A stretch of DNA of 63,075 nt, taken from Calditrichota bacterium (GTDB lineage Bacteria; Calditrichota; Calditrichia; Calditrichales; J004). Below the pieces are notes generated by a model, which ran no database searches, was not told the DNA's origin, and saw only the letters and a list, made by a program, of their open reading frames with translations. Positions 9,280-17,904 of the stretch are shown one piece after another. The stretch lies in contig RFFS01000125.1 in NCBI GenBank assembly GCA_003696775.1, forward strand, positions 1 to 63,075. Direction: 5' to 3'. The position numbers and the translations under genes are program-made. Within the stretch, counting starts at the first letter, position 1, and each line of letters opens with the position of its first letter.

Positions 9280-10071
9280 ATGAATAAATACCAACTATCA
9301 TCGGAACAACGTAAACGGTTTGCCGGGCTTTATCTGTTGGAATACATGATCAACACGCCTTACACGCCGCCTATTTTCCTGGAAGGCAACGATCAGGACC
9401 TGGAAGAGATTCTGGCCTGGATGATGGCGGAAGAATGGATAAGCATTTTCAAGGATTCCATTTACATCCCCACGGAAAAGGGGCGCCTAACGCTTAAAAA
9501 CTTTATGGCCCGTTATAGCGAATATCTGACCATGTTCGATATTTACTGCGCGGTGGACTTGCAGGAAGGAGAATTTGCTTTTTCCTATTGGAATGAATTT
9601 GAAGATGACGACGCGTTCCGTGCCTTTCTAAATGAAGATCGTTGGGATGATTTACGTATCGCCGTGGCGGAATATAAAAAGATGGACCCCGTGGAAATCG
9701 TTTTTATGAGTTTTATCAACGAAGGGCGATTTGGACGCAATGAAAGCGGCTGGCAATTCGACTTGCTGCTTGGCTCCGTATGGGACGAAATTCTGGAAAT
9801 ATGTGATACGGCCATCCATTGGCGGGAACTGGGTTACGAGGATGAACAGGGCCGCGTGGATGCCCGCGATGTGATCGAGGATATTATTGTGCAGGGCACG
9901 GAAATCATGTTGGAATTGCTGGGTGACGCCTATCACCCCGCGCCACCCGCCCATGATGCGGACAGTGATGCGGAATATGTGGTAGAAAGCGTTGATCTGC
10001 CGGAATACGACAGCACGCATTATCGTAAATATCTTGATCCGAAATATAAAAGTAAGAACTGGATTAACTGA
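9280..10071 (+). CDS. Hypothetical highly acidic cytoplasmic protein
   Basis: 263-aa ORF in operon context. I recognise no motif. Asp/Glu-rich, no hydrophobic segments. Confidence 0.6.
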   Translation: MNKYQLSSEQRKRFAGLYLLEYMINTPYTPPIFLEGNDQDLEEILAWMMAEEWISIFKDSIYIPTEKGRLTLKNFMARYSEYLTMFDIYCAVDLQEGEFAFSYWNEFEDDDAFRAFLNEDRWDDLRIAVAEYKKMDPVEIVFMSFINEGRFGRNESGWQFDLLLGSVWDEILEICDTAIHWRELGYEDEQGRVDARDVIEDIIVQGTEIMLELLGDAYHPAPPAHDADSDAEYVVESVDLPEYDSTHYRKYLDPKYKSKNWIN

Positions 10072-10077
10072 TTAGCC

Positions 10078-11163
10078 ATGACGCTGTTATTCAGACTGTT
10101 TCGAAAACTGTTCCACCATGGCGGAAGGAATAATCTGCTGCGTGTCCTCAGCTTAACGCTGATGTTGAACATCATCTTCGGCGTGGCTTTTTATTTTGCC
10201 GAGCGCGATGTCCAGCAGGGATTATCCCTGACAGATGCCATCTGGTGGGCAATGGTCACCATGACCACCGTGGGGTACGGCGATATATACGCTCAAACCT
10301 GGATCGGTCGTTTTCTGATTTCCTACCCGTGTATGTTGCTTGGTATCGGCATTCTCGGTTATCTGGTGGGGACGGTGGCCGAAATGATTTTGGATTACGG
10401 TTCCCGCAAAAAGAAAGGATTATTGAGGATTAAAATGAACAATCATCTGATTATCTGTAATTATCCCGGTGAACAAAAGGTATTGCGTGTGATCGAGGAA
10501 CTACGGCGCAGCCGGGAATTTTCCGATGCGGGTCTGATCCTGGTTGCTCAAAAGCCGGAAACTTTGCCGGAATCGTTGACGGAGCAAAATGTACGCTTTG
10601 TGCGCGGTCATCCGGCGCGGGAAGAGATTTTGGACAAAGCGGCTGTGCGTCAGGCCCGTGGAGTCTTTGTTCTGGCGCAGGACCCGGCCGATCCGGCTTC
10701 GGATACCTTGTCGTTTGCCATTGCCACACAGGTGCATATAATGGAAAAAGAGATGAAAAAAGACCTGCGCGTGGTGGTGGAACTGGTTAGTCAGGAGAAC
10801 ATGGCCATGATGCGCCGTTCGGGCGCAGACGGTATTGTCAGCGCCGATGGAATTATGGATGCTCTGATAGCCCAGGAATTTTTATTTCCCGGTTTAAATT
10901 CGGTTTTTCATGAAATATTAAGCAATGCCCGTGGCAGTCAGTTTTACATCGTTCCCAATAAACTGGGGGCCGGGCGATACGGTGCATTATGCCGTAAAGC
11001 ATTGGAATCCGGACGTCCGATTACCCTTGTGGGGCTGAAACGCGGGAAACAAACGCTGCTGAATCCCGATCCATCTCAGGAGATCCATCAAGATGATGAC
11101 CTGATTATATTAGCCCCGGGCCGTAATGAGTATGAATCTTTAACTAGTGAAAAAATGACCTGA
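10078..11163 (+). CDS. Two-TM K+ channel with cytoplasmic RCK/TrkA-N domain (MthK-like)
   Basis: Selectivity filter TTVGYGD between two hydrophobic helices, followed by a Rossmann-like RCK region (HLIICNYPGEQK...). Confidence 0.85.
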   Translation: MTLLFRLFRKLFHHGGRNNLLRVLSLTLMLNIIFGVAFYFAERDVQQGLSLTDAIWWAMVTMTTVGYGDIYAQTWIGRFLISYPCMLLGIGILGYLVGTVAEMILDYGSRKKKGLLRIKMNNHLIICNYPGEQKVLRVIEELRRSREFSDAGLILVAQKPETLPESLTEQNVRFVRGHPAREEILDKAAVRQARGVFVLAQDPADPASDTLSFAIATQVHIMEKEMKKDLRVVVELVSQENMAMMRRSGADGIVSADGIMDALIAQEFLFPGLNSVFHEILSNARGSQFYIVPNKLGAGRYGALCRKALESGRPITLVGLKRGKQTLLNPDPSQEIHQDDDLIILAPGRNEYESLTSEKMT

Positions 11164-11186
11164 AAAGTTTAAAAAAAGGAGCGACA

Positions 11187-11597
11187 ATGAACGTAACTAT
11201 TGCCACACGTAAAGAAACCGACTTGGTGACATTTCTTGAAATGAATGAATTTGAAACAGAGCAACTCGCGGAAAATATTTTACGGGTACGCCGCCATGAG
11301 GAACTACCGGTTTATGTCAGTTTTAACGGCGACAGCCTGTACTTTGAAGTGGATCTGGGCAACATCAGCGCCATTGCCGATCAGGACCTCTATTTTAAAT
11401 TACTCGATTTAAACACAGAAGTGCTGCCCGTAAGCTTTGGCATCAATAACAGCCATCCGGAAGACCCGCGTCTGGTTTTGGTGGAAAGCCGGGAAACCGA
11501 TGACTTGAGCGATCAGGAATTGTTGGCGGTCTTTGATGCCCTGGAACTGGCTGTTGATCGCGCGGAAGCGTTGCTGCAACCCCTGTTGAACGGATAA
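11187..11597 (+). CDS. Small acidic protein, possibly YbjN/YjfI (DUF2170)-like
   Basis: 136 aa, acidic, alpha/beta pattern. The family call is from size, composition and neighbourhood only. Confidence 0.45.
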   Translation: MNVTIATRKETDLVTFLEMNEFETEQLAENILRVRRHEELPVYVSFNGDSLYFEVDLGNISAIADQDLYFKLLDLNTEVLPVSFGINNSHPEDPRLVLVESRETDDLSDQELLAVFDALELAVDRAEALLQPLLNG

Positions 11598-11599
11598 AA

Positions 11600-12367
11600 A
11601 TGGGTCGTAAACAACACGCGCCGTATCGGATACTGTTTGAGAATGAATCTTTGGTCGTTGTGGATAAATCGGCGGGCGTGCCGGTTATCCCGGAACGATT
11701 TAACGCCGGAGCCGTGGCCCTGAACCACCTTTTACAGACACGATCGGGGCGTCAGGAGCAGGCTGTGTGGGTGGTACACCGCATCGATAAAGACACCAGC
11801 GGAGTGGTGCTGATGGCTAAAACAGCCGGTGCCCATAAAGTTTACAGCCGTCTTTTTGCCGAACAGGCGATGCATAAAGAGTATCTGGCGATCTGCCAGG
11901 GCCGTGCCGACGCCCCGGAGGGTTGTGTGACCCTACCGTTACGCGTCTCATCGAGGGGTGTCACACGCGTGGATACCCTGGAAGGTAAACCATCCGAAAC
12001 CCGTTATCGGGTGCTGAAGCAATACCGCCGTTTTGCAACGGTTCAGGCGCGCCCCCTTACCGGACGACAGCATCAGATACGGGTGCATTTGCGTGCGGTG
12101 GGGCTGGGGTTGGCCGTGGACCCGCTTTATATGAAGACAACAGCCGTGGACCTGTCCATGATCAAGCGGGGGTATAAATTTAAACCCGATACGACGCCAA
12201 GGCCTTTGTTAAACCGTCTTTCCCTGCATTGTAACGTCCTGGCGTTTGATGATCCCATAAGCGGGCATTCCATGCGTTTTGAGGCCGAACTGCCCACGGA
12301 CATGCAAACGCTGATTAAACATCTGGAAAAATGGGGCGCCGAACAAACAAGCACAAATTTATCATAA
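11600..12367 (+). CDS. RluA-family pseudouridine synthase (lacks S4 domain)
   Basis: Catalytic HRIDKDTSGVV motif and GRQHQIRVH motif. Starts 2 nt after the previous stop. Confidence 0.85.
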   Translation: MGRKQHAPYRILFENESLVVVDKSAGVPVIPERFNAGAVALNHLLQTRSGRQEQAVWVVHRIDKDTSGVVLMAKTAGAHKVYSRLFAEQAMHKEYLAICQGRADAPEGCVTLPLRVSSRGVTRVDTLEGKPSETRYRVLKQYRRFATVQARPLTGRQHQIRVHLRAVGLGLAVDPLYMKTTAVDLSMIKRGYKFKPDTTPRPLLNRLSLHCNVLAFDDPISGHSMRFEAELPTDMQTLIKHLEKWGAEQTSTNLS

Positions 12368-12378
12368 AGGAGAAAAAC

Positions 12379-13068
12379 ATGAGTATTTTCAGCCGCCTGT
12401 TTAAAGTGGGTGAAGCCAAAGCCAATCAAATTGTGGATAGTCTGGAAAAACCGGAATTGATGTTGGAGCAGGCCATCAAAGACAAGGCGAAGCAGATCAG
12501 CGAAGCCAAAAAAGCTGTGATGGGTGTGATTGCTACCGAAAGGCAAACCCGTGCCTTGTTGCTTAAGGAACAAAACGAAAAGGAAACCTGGGAAACCAAG
12601 GCCCGGCAGGCCCTGCAAAGCGGCCGGGAAGACCTGGCGGCCCGTGCGCTGACCCGCGCCACGGAACATGAACAAAAAGCGACTCAATTACAGCAAACCT
12701 GGCAGTCCCAAAAGGCAAGCGTGGACAAACTGAAGCTGGAAATCGTCAAAATGGAAGATGAATTGGCTGAATTCAAACGTAATAAGGACTTTATAATCGC
12801 CCAGGCTAAAACCGCCGAAGTCAAAAAACAGATTTATCAGGCCAAGGCCAAAATGTTGAACGATCGCAGCGCAGACGATTTAATGGCGCGCATGAAAGCC
12901 AAAGCCGAACGCGCCTCTTTTGAAGCCGAAGCCGCGGAAGAAATGGCGGTGGATGTTAGTGGGGACAGCCTGGAAAAGGAATTTGAACAATTGGGTGCCG
13001 GCAGCGCTTCCACCGAAGTGGCCGCAAAACTGGAAGCCATGAAAAAACAATTGGGAAGCGGCCGGTAA
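12379..13068 (+). CDS. pspA: PspA/IM30-family membrane-stress protein (YjfJ/PspA-like)
   Basis: MSIFSRLFKVGEAKANQIVDSLEKPELMLEQAIKD N-terminus typical of PspA/IM30, with long coiled-coil composition. AAGGAG SD precedes the ATG at 12379. Confidence 0.9.
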   Translation: MSIFSRLFKVGEAKANQIVDSLEKPELMLEQAIKDKAKQISEAKKAVMGVIATERQTRALLLKEQNEKETWETKARQALQSGREDLAARALTRATEHEQKATQLQQTWQSQKASVDKLKLEIVKMEDELAEFKRNKDFIIAQAKTAEVKKQIYQAKAKMLNDRSADDLMARMKAKAERASFEAEAAEEMAVDVSGDSLEKEFEQLGAGSASTEVAAKLEAMKKQLGSGR

Positions 13069-13445
13069 TGCATTCGCCCATTTTAGGACGGCATTTGCTA
13101 CTGGAATTGTACGATTGTGCCAATGATTTTTTGAATGACCCGGCAAAAATTGAAAACGGGTTGCAACAGGTGATACTGGCTATCGGTGCCACGGCGGTAC
13201 AAAGCGTTTTTCATCGCTTTGAGCCGATTGGGGTGAGCGGTGTGATTGTCCTGGCGGAAAGTCATCTGACCATTCATACCTGGCCGGAATATCGCTATGC
13301 GGCACTGGACCTGTTTACCTGCGATTCGCGAATCGATTACAATCAGGCTGAAGCTGCGTTCAAGGCCTTATTTAAGGCCGGACGCAGCGAGAAAACGGAG
13401 CTGAAGCGCGGACAGATGTCGCATATACAAAAGCAGGTTATTTAA
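13068..13445 (+). CDS. speD: S-adenosylmethionine decarboxylase proenzyme, small pyruvoyl class (SpeH/SpeD)
   Basis: VLAESHLTIHTWPE self-cleavage (E|S) motif, 125 aa. ATG shares one base with the pspA stop (TAATG). Confidence 0.85.
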   Translation: MHSPILGRHLLLELYDCANDFLNDPAKIENGLQQVILAIGATAVQSVFHRFEPIGVSGVIVLAESHLTIHTWPEYRYAALDLFTCDSRIDYNQAEAAFKALFKAGRSEKTELKRGQMSHIQKQVI

Positions 13446-13459
13446 AAAAGGGGCGTAAA

Positions 13460-14317
13460 ATGAAAAAGATCGGTCTGGCTCTGGGTGGCGGGGGCGCGCG
13501 TGGTCTCGCGCATATAGGCATTTTACGGGTTTTTGAGCGGGAAAACATTCCCGTGGATGTTATTACCGGATGCAGCATCGGCGCAATTATCGGCGGACTG
13601 TATGCCTATTTCCAATCCGCGGAAAAAACCGAATCCTTCCTCCGAAAGATGTTATCTTCCGAGGCTATTGACGATCTCGATCTGGAAATATTTACATCCA
13701 TTGAACACAAAAGCATGACCGAACAACTGTTCGACTATATTAATAGCATACGACGCTATTTTTCCATGCTTAAAACACTGAATCAACAGGCGATTTACAC
13801 AACGGAAGACGTCAATAAAATTTTTAAGGATTTTCCCGATGCCGCGATCAAAGACCTGGATGTGCGCTTTGCCACCATTGCCACGGACCTGATTTCCGGA
13901 AGAGAAATTGTGTTGGACGAAGGCCCGTTAAAAGAAGCGGTGATCGCCTCCGCCTCCATTCCGGGTATCTTTCCGCCGGTTAAAATTAAAGACCTGTTGT
14001 TGATAGACGGCGGCGCCACGGATACCATACCCGTACAGGTGGTGAAAGGCCAGGGCGCGCAATATGTTGTGGCGGTGGATGTGTCCAAGGATATCCATGA
14101 TGTGGATGATCTGGACAACGGCCTTAAAATTATTTATCGCGCCGAGGATATTGTCACCTGGCATTTGACGCAGGAACGTCTGGCCGGTGTGGACGTGTTG
14201 ATCAGCCCCAATGTAAAAAAGTACAGTTGGGCGGCCATTGATAAGATGGATGAAATTATAGAAGAGGGCGTTTTCGCCGCGGAAAACGCCCTCGATCTGC
14301 TGCAAAAGTTGTTATAA
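13460..14317 (+). CDS. Patatin-like phospholipase
   Basis: GGGGARG oxyanion motif, GCSIG nucleophile elbow (GxSxG), and IDGGATD catalytic Asp motif. Confidence 0.85.
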   Translation: MKKIGLALGGGGARGLAHIGILRVFERENIPVDVITGCSIGAIIGGLYAYFQSAEKTESFLRKMLSSEAIDDLDLEIFTSIEHKSMTEQLFDYINSIRRYFSMLKTLNQQAIYTTEDVNKIFKDFPDAAIKDLDVRFATIATDLISGREIVLDEGPLKEAVIASASIPGIFPPVKIKDLLLIDGGATDTIPVQVVKGQGAQYVVAVDVSKDIHDVDDLDNGLKIIYRAEDIVTWHLTQERLAGVDVLISPNVKKYSWAAIDKMDEIIEEGVFAAENALDLLQKLL

Positions 14318-14327
14318 GCGAACAGGA

Positions 14328-16256
14328 CTATTTTAAAAGCATCATCCTGCCGTTATATACGGATGTACCGGCCCGGAAACGGTAGTAATAAATTCCGGAC
14401 GGCAACATACGTTGCGCGTCGTTGCGGCCGTCCCAGCTTATTTCATGACGACCGGGCTCATGGACACGGTTTACCAGCAGGCGGACCCGTTGCCCGGCGG
14501 TATTAAATATGTCGATGCGCACCCGTTGGCGTCGGGGCAGGTCATAACGCAGAGTGGTGGCCGGATTAAACGGATTGGGATAATTGGGATAAAGCCGAAT
14601 GTGTGTGGGTAAAGCAACCGGTGGTGCTTCCCGTATGCCGGTAATTTGGCCGTCCACATAAAGCACCGCACGGTCGGGACGATAAGCGATGTGACATAAA
14701 AAGCTGTCGGCACATACAAGTGTATCAAACTGACCCGTTGTACTTTGATAAGTCATGACCACAAAGCTGTCGCCCTCCTGTGGAACAAACGGCGCTGTAA
14801 AGGCTACACGCATGGTGCCGGCCAATTCCGCAGAACCATCAATTTGAAGCAGGTCATGGTCTTCACCCGCAAAATAACCGCCGATATCCACATTGAACAC
14901 GCTATGAGCCGATAGGGGAAACCGGCCCGTTACGGTTAACGTATCGGGCGGTCCGTCCGGTGCGATATGCCCGTCGTTTTGCTGAAAATAGTCATAAATT
15001 TCCAAAACCCCGGCCCCCTGAATCCAACCCGTGGAGTCATTGTATAATCCTGCCTGACAGGTCAGTACGCCGTTGTGGTCGATAAGGATTTTACCGGCAT
15101 TTTCCAATGTAACAGGCGAGAAAAGATTTTGGTGGCCGCCCGCCTGATGAAGTGTCCCCGCGTTATAAAACCAACCCGCATTGTTTCCCCATGTATCATA
15201 TGCACCGGCCATTAAATGAATCGTGCCGAAGTTTCGAAACACACCGTCAAAACCAAAATTGACACTGCCTTTTTTCCACTCAATTTCTGTTACATTGTTT
15301 ACAGTACCTAAAATCCATTTGATTTCGGAACTGTCGATTTCACAATGGGCGTTTTTCAGCAGGGTTACCGTAGCGCTGTCACTCAATACACCGCCGTGCC
15401 ATTTAAGTGTTCCGGCAATGGAAATATCGGCGTTGCCCACCAGTTGGCCGTCATTTTCCAGTTGGACAATCATGCTGTCTGCAAATCGTAATGGTGTGCC
15501 ATTCACCCGGAAAATCCCCCCTTGCGTGGAAAATGTTCCCGCGCCACTAAGAACCGGATTGTCTATGATGTGGGTTCCGTAAGAAGCCGACAATGTTGCT
15601 CCGGAAGAAATATAAACACTATCCCGGATGGTACTGTGCAAGGCAAGGTCCAGTGTGCCGTTTATGATATTGATACGCCCCATATTCGTAAATATGGTTT
15701 CCAGATGGGTGGTGGAGGGCGTCGTGGCGTTTAAACTGTCCCGTTTTATTAAAACGCCTTCATTTTGCATTTCTCCCCACTGAAATCCTCCGATCGTGCC
15801 GTTGTTATACAACTCCAGAACGTGACGATTGATAAAAAAGGTGGAATTCTCGTAAAACCCGATCGATCCTTCGCGTACGATAAACGTTCCGTTGTTTTCC
15901 ATTGTCCCGGCAAAGCCTTTTTCATCGCGGCCTTCTATTAAAACCATGGCGGAATCCTCTATGACAATTCTACCCGAACCATAAATTTTACCACCCTGCC
16001 ATTGAAAGTTTTTATGAATGTAGAGTAGGCCGTTGTTGTTGATAACGGCAAGTCCGGAGAAAAGTAAGGCCCCCACCGAGGCGGTATCGCCCGTGTTGAT
16101 GGTGATTTCACCGCTGTTTATTATAACAGTGTCCCGCGCACCGGGAATGCCCGTTGGGTTCCAGGTGGATGACTGCTTCCAGTCACCGGAACCGAATGCC
16201 GGAGTATAAGTTGTTTGCGCGGTAATAAGTAGCGGGTAAAAGAGAATAAAAGTCAT
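14328..16256 (-). CDS. Secreted beta-helix repeat protein with T9SS (Por) C-terminal sorting domain
   Basis: Gly/Asn/Thr-rich repeats typical of parallel beta-helix or autotransporter-type passengers. C-terminus LYPNYPNPFNPATTLRYDLP...SGIYYYRFRAG...GRMMLLK matches the T9SS type-A CTD pattern. Confidence 0.8.
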   Translation of the reverse strand: MTFILFYPLLITAQTTYTPAFGSGDWKQSSTWNPTGIPGARDTVIINSGEITINTGDTASVGALLFSGLAVINNNGLLYIHKNFQWQGGKIYGSGRIVIEDSAMVLIEGRDEKGFAGTMENNGTFIVREGSIGFYENSTFFINRHVLELYNNGTIGGFQWGEMQNEGVLIKRDSLNATTPSTTHLETIFTNMGRINIINGTLDLALHSTIRDSVYISSGATLSASYGTHIIDNPVLSGAGTFSTQGGIFRVNGTPLRFADSMIVQLENDGQLVGNADISIAGTLKWHGGVLSDSATVTLLKNAHCEIDSSEIKWILGTVNNVTEIEWKKGSVNFGFDGVFRNFGTIHLMAGAYDTWGNNAGWFYNAGTLHQAGGHQNLFSPVTLENAGKILIDHNGVLTCQAGLYNDSTGWIQGAGVLEIYDYFQQNDGHIAPDGPPDTLTVTGRFPLSAHSVFNVDIGGYFAGEDHDLLQIDGSAELAGTMRVAFTAPFVPQEGDSFVVMTYQSTTGQFDTLVCADSFLCHIAYRPDRAVLYVDGQITGIREAPPVALPTHIRLYPNYPNPFNPATTLRYDLPRRQRVRIDIFNTAGQRVRLLVNRVHEPGRHEISWDGRNDAQRMLPSGIYYYRFRAGTSVYNGRMMLLK

Positions 16257-16469
16257 AAAAACCGATCAGACATAACTCCGGAACATGGCACCATCCTTTA
16301 TTTGGGTAATCATTGGGTTGACAAAATATCCCTTCGGATGGTTTGCATGGCGTGTTTAAAATAATCTCCTGACGGGAAAGGAATGATTCAATATTATGTC
16401 TTATTATTTTGTATCAGGTTGGATATCCTCTAAAAAAATAGTGAAAGAATGATTTCATTATTATACAAA

Positions 16470-16504
16470 TAAAAAAAGGCCACATCCCGTGCGATGCGAC
16501 CTTT
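16470..16504 (-). terminator. Probable intrinsic terminator after the GWxTD gene
   Basis: Imperfect hairpin AGGTCGCATC-GCACGG-GATGTGGCCT on the minus strand, followed by a T-run (A7 on the plus strand, 16471-16477). Confidence 0.5.
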
Positions 16505-16521
16505 CAAAAATTATACGGGCA

Positions 16522-17904
16522 TCAGCGATAAAATCCGCCGCCGTCTATGCCCACTTCCTTTTCCCAATAGGGATTTTGCAGTTCCTTGCGATGGGTGGAA
16601 TGGATAAGGTAATATCGTCCGAAACCGTTTTTATCGACAAAAACAAAAATAACACCGCCCTGAATTTGATTGTATTTCCATATTTCATAGGGCTTAACGC
16701 CGGAAGTACTGGGATGGCGTTCAATTTCATCGGGCTCGCCGTATAAAATCAAAACCCGGCCGCGATCGGTTTTCCAGCCTTGCTGACCGCTGCGTGAAAA
16801 ACGGGCGTTGGCCTCTTCCAGCCGGCGTAAAAAAAGTGCACGACTATTACCCGCATCCTGATGACGGCTTTTATCCTGTCGTTGCCAGAAACGGGTTAAA
16901 AAGGTGCGCATGGCATCGGCGTTGTCCAGTTCATCAAATACTTTTTGTTCTTCCCGACTGGCGTAATATCGGGCCTGGTCAAATTCCTTTTCCAGATCGT
17001 CGCGACTCATGCCCACAAAGGCTTCATCCATTTCCGGGAGGCTGCTACCCTTTGACGCGGCGGGTTTACGCCGCAGCTTGACCACGGCAAACCGCTTGCT
17101 GATGCGCGTATTGGCACGGGGCGCATCACCCGAAACCGCAATATTCAAATTATACACACCGGCCGGCAGGCCCATGGCATTGAATCCGCCGACTTCCACC
17201 TGATCACCGCTTTTAACGGCACGCTGGCGTGGGGGACCCTGCTTAATTGTATCGCCCTTTAGATTGGTGACATAATAGCTGACATGATACGAGTTGAACC
17301 GATCCAGATTATAGAGTTCCACATAATAATAGAGCATGGGATGCAACACATCGAAGCGGTTATGGGCGTTGGGGATAACCGTCATGCCGTTTTTGTAAAA
17401 CAGACCCTGCGCCTGCGGGCTTTTTTGGATGGAACCCGCCAGTTGGATACCGGAAATGGCCAGTTCCCTGCCAAACGCCGGTACAAAAACGGTTAGTTCA
17501 TATTCGCCGGTACGGTGGGCCAACAGGTCTTCCAGTTGCAAACGGGCGGTGTAAGTGCCGGGTGGGAGCAGGGCATGGAAAACATCGTTAAACTGATTGA
17601 ATAAATTCAGCCGGGATGTATCGCTTGCCAGATTTTTATAAAGATGCGCGGACTGAAAAACCGTGTCCTGCTTATGCAATACCAACAGCCGGGTGCGGTA
17701 TTGGGCATAAAGACTATCCTGATGTTGCCGGTATTGCAAATTGCCCTGGTAAAAGGATATGTAAAATTCCACATAGGCAGTTGCCGAATCGTTTTTAAAA
17801 TAAGCATAGTCCGCGCTGATGGGTAAAAAACTTGTTTGCGCGCTTAACAACGGACTCAATAAGAACAGGGTCAGCACGCATTTACTGAAAAGCGACCGAT
17901 ACAA
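16522..17904 (-). CDS. GWxTD-domain secreted protein
   Basis: GWKTDRGRVLILYGEPDEI motif near the C-terminus. Preferred start is the TTG at 17904 (AAGGAG 9 nt upstream), giving signal peptide (M)YRSLFSKCVLTLFLLSPLLSAQ. ATGs at 17940 and 17985 are alternatives deeper inside smc. Confidence 0.8.
   Translation of the reverse strand: MYRSLFSKCVLTLFLLSPLLSAQTSFLPISADYAYFKNDSATAYVEFYISFYQGNLQYRQHQDSLYAQYRTRLLVLHKQDTVFQSAHLYKNLASDTSRLNLFNQFNDVFHALLPPGTYTARLQLEDLLAHRTGEYELTVFVPAFGRELAISGIQLAGSIQKSPQAQGLFYKNGMTVIPNAHNRFDVLHPMLYYYVELYNLDRFNSYHVSYYVTNLKGDTIKQGPPRQRAVKSGDQVEVGGFNAMGLPAGVYNLNIAVSGDAPRANTRISKRFAVVKLRRKPAASKGSSLPEMDEAFVGMSRDDLEKEFDQARYYASREEQKVFDELDNADAMRTFLTRFWQRQDKSRHQDAGNSRALFLRRLEEANARFSRSGQQGWKTDRGRVLILYGEPDEIERHPSTSGVKPYEIWKYNQIQGGVIFVFVDKNGFGRYYLIHSTHRKELQNPYWEKEVGIDGGGFYR

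Noticed and set aside
12127-12687. 186-aa minus-strand ORF spanning the rluA/pspA junction
   Set aside because: It overlaps two confidently called plus-strand genes, is low-complexity Gly/Phe/Arg-rich, and has no motif.
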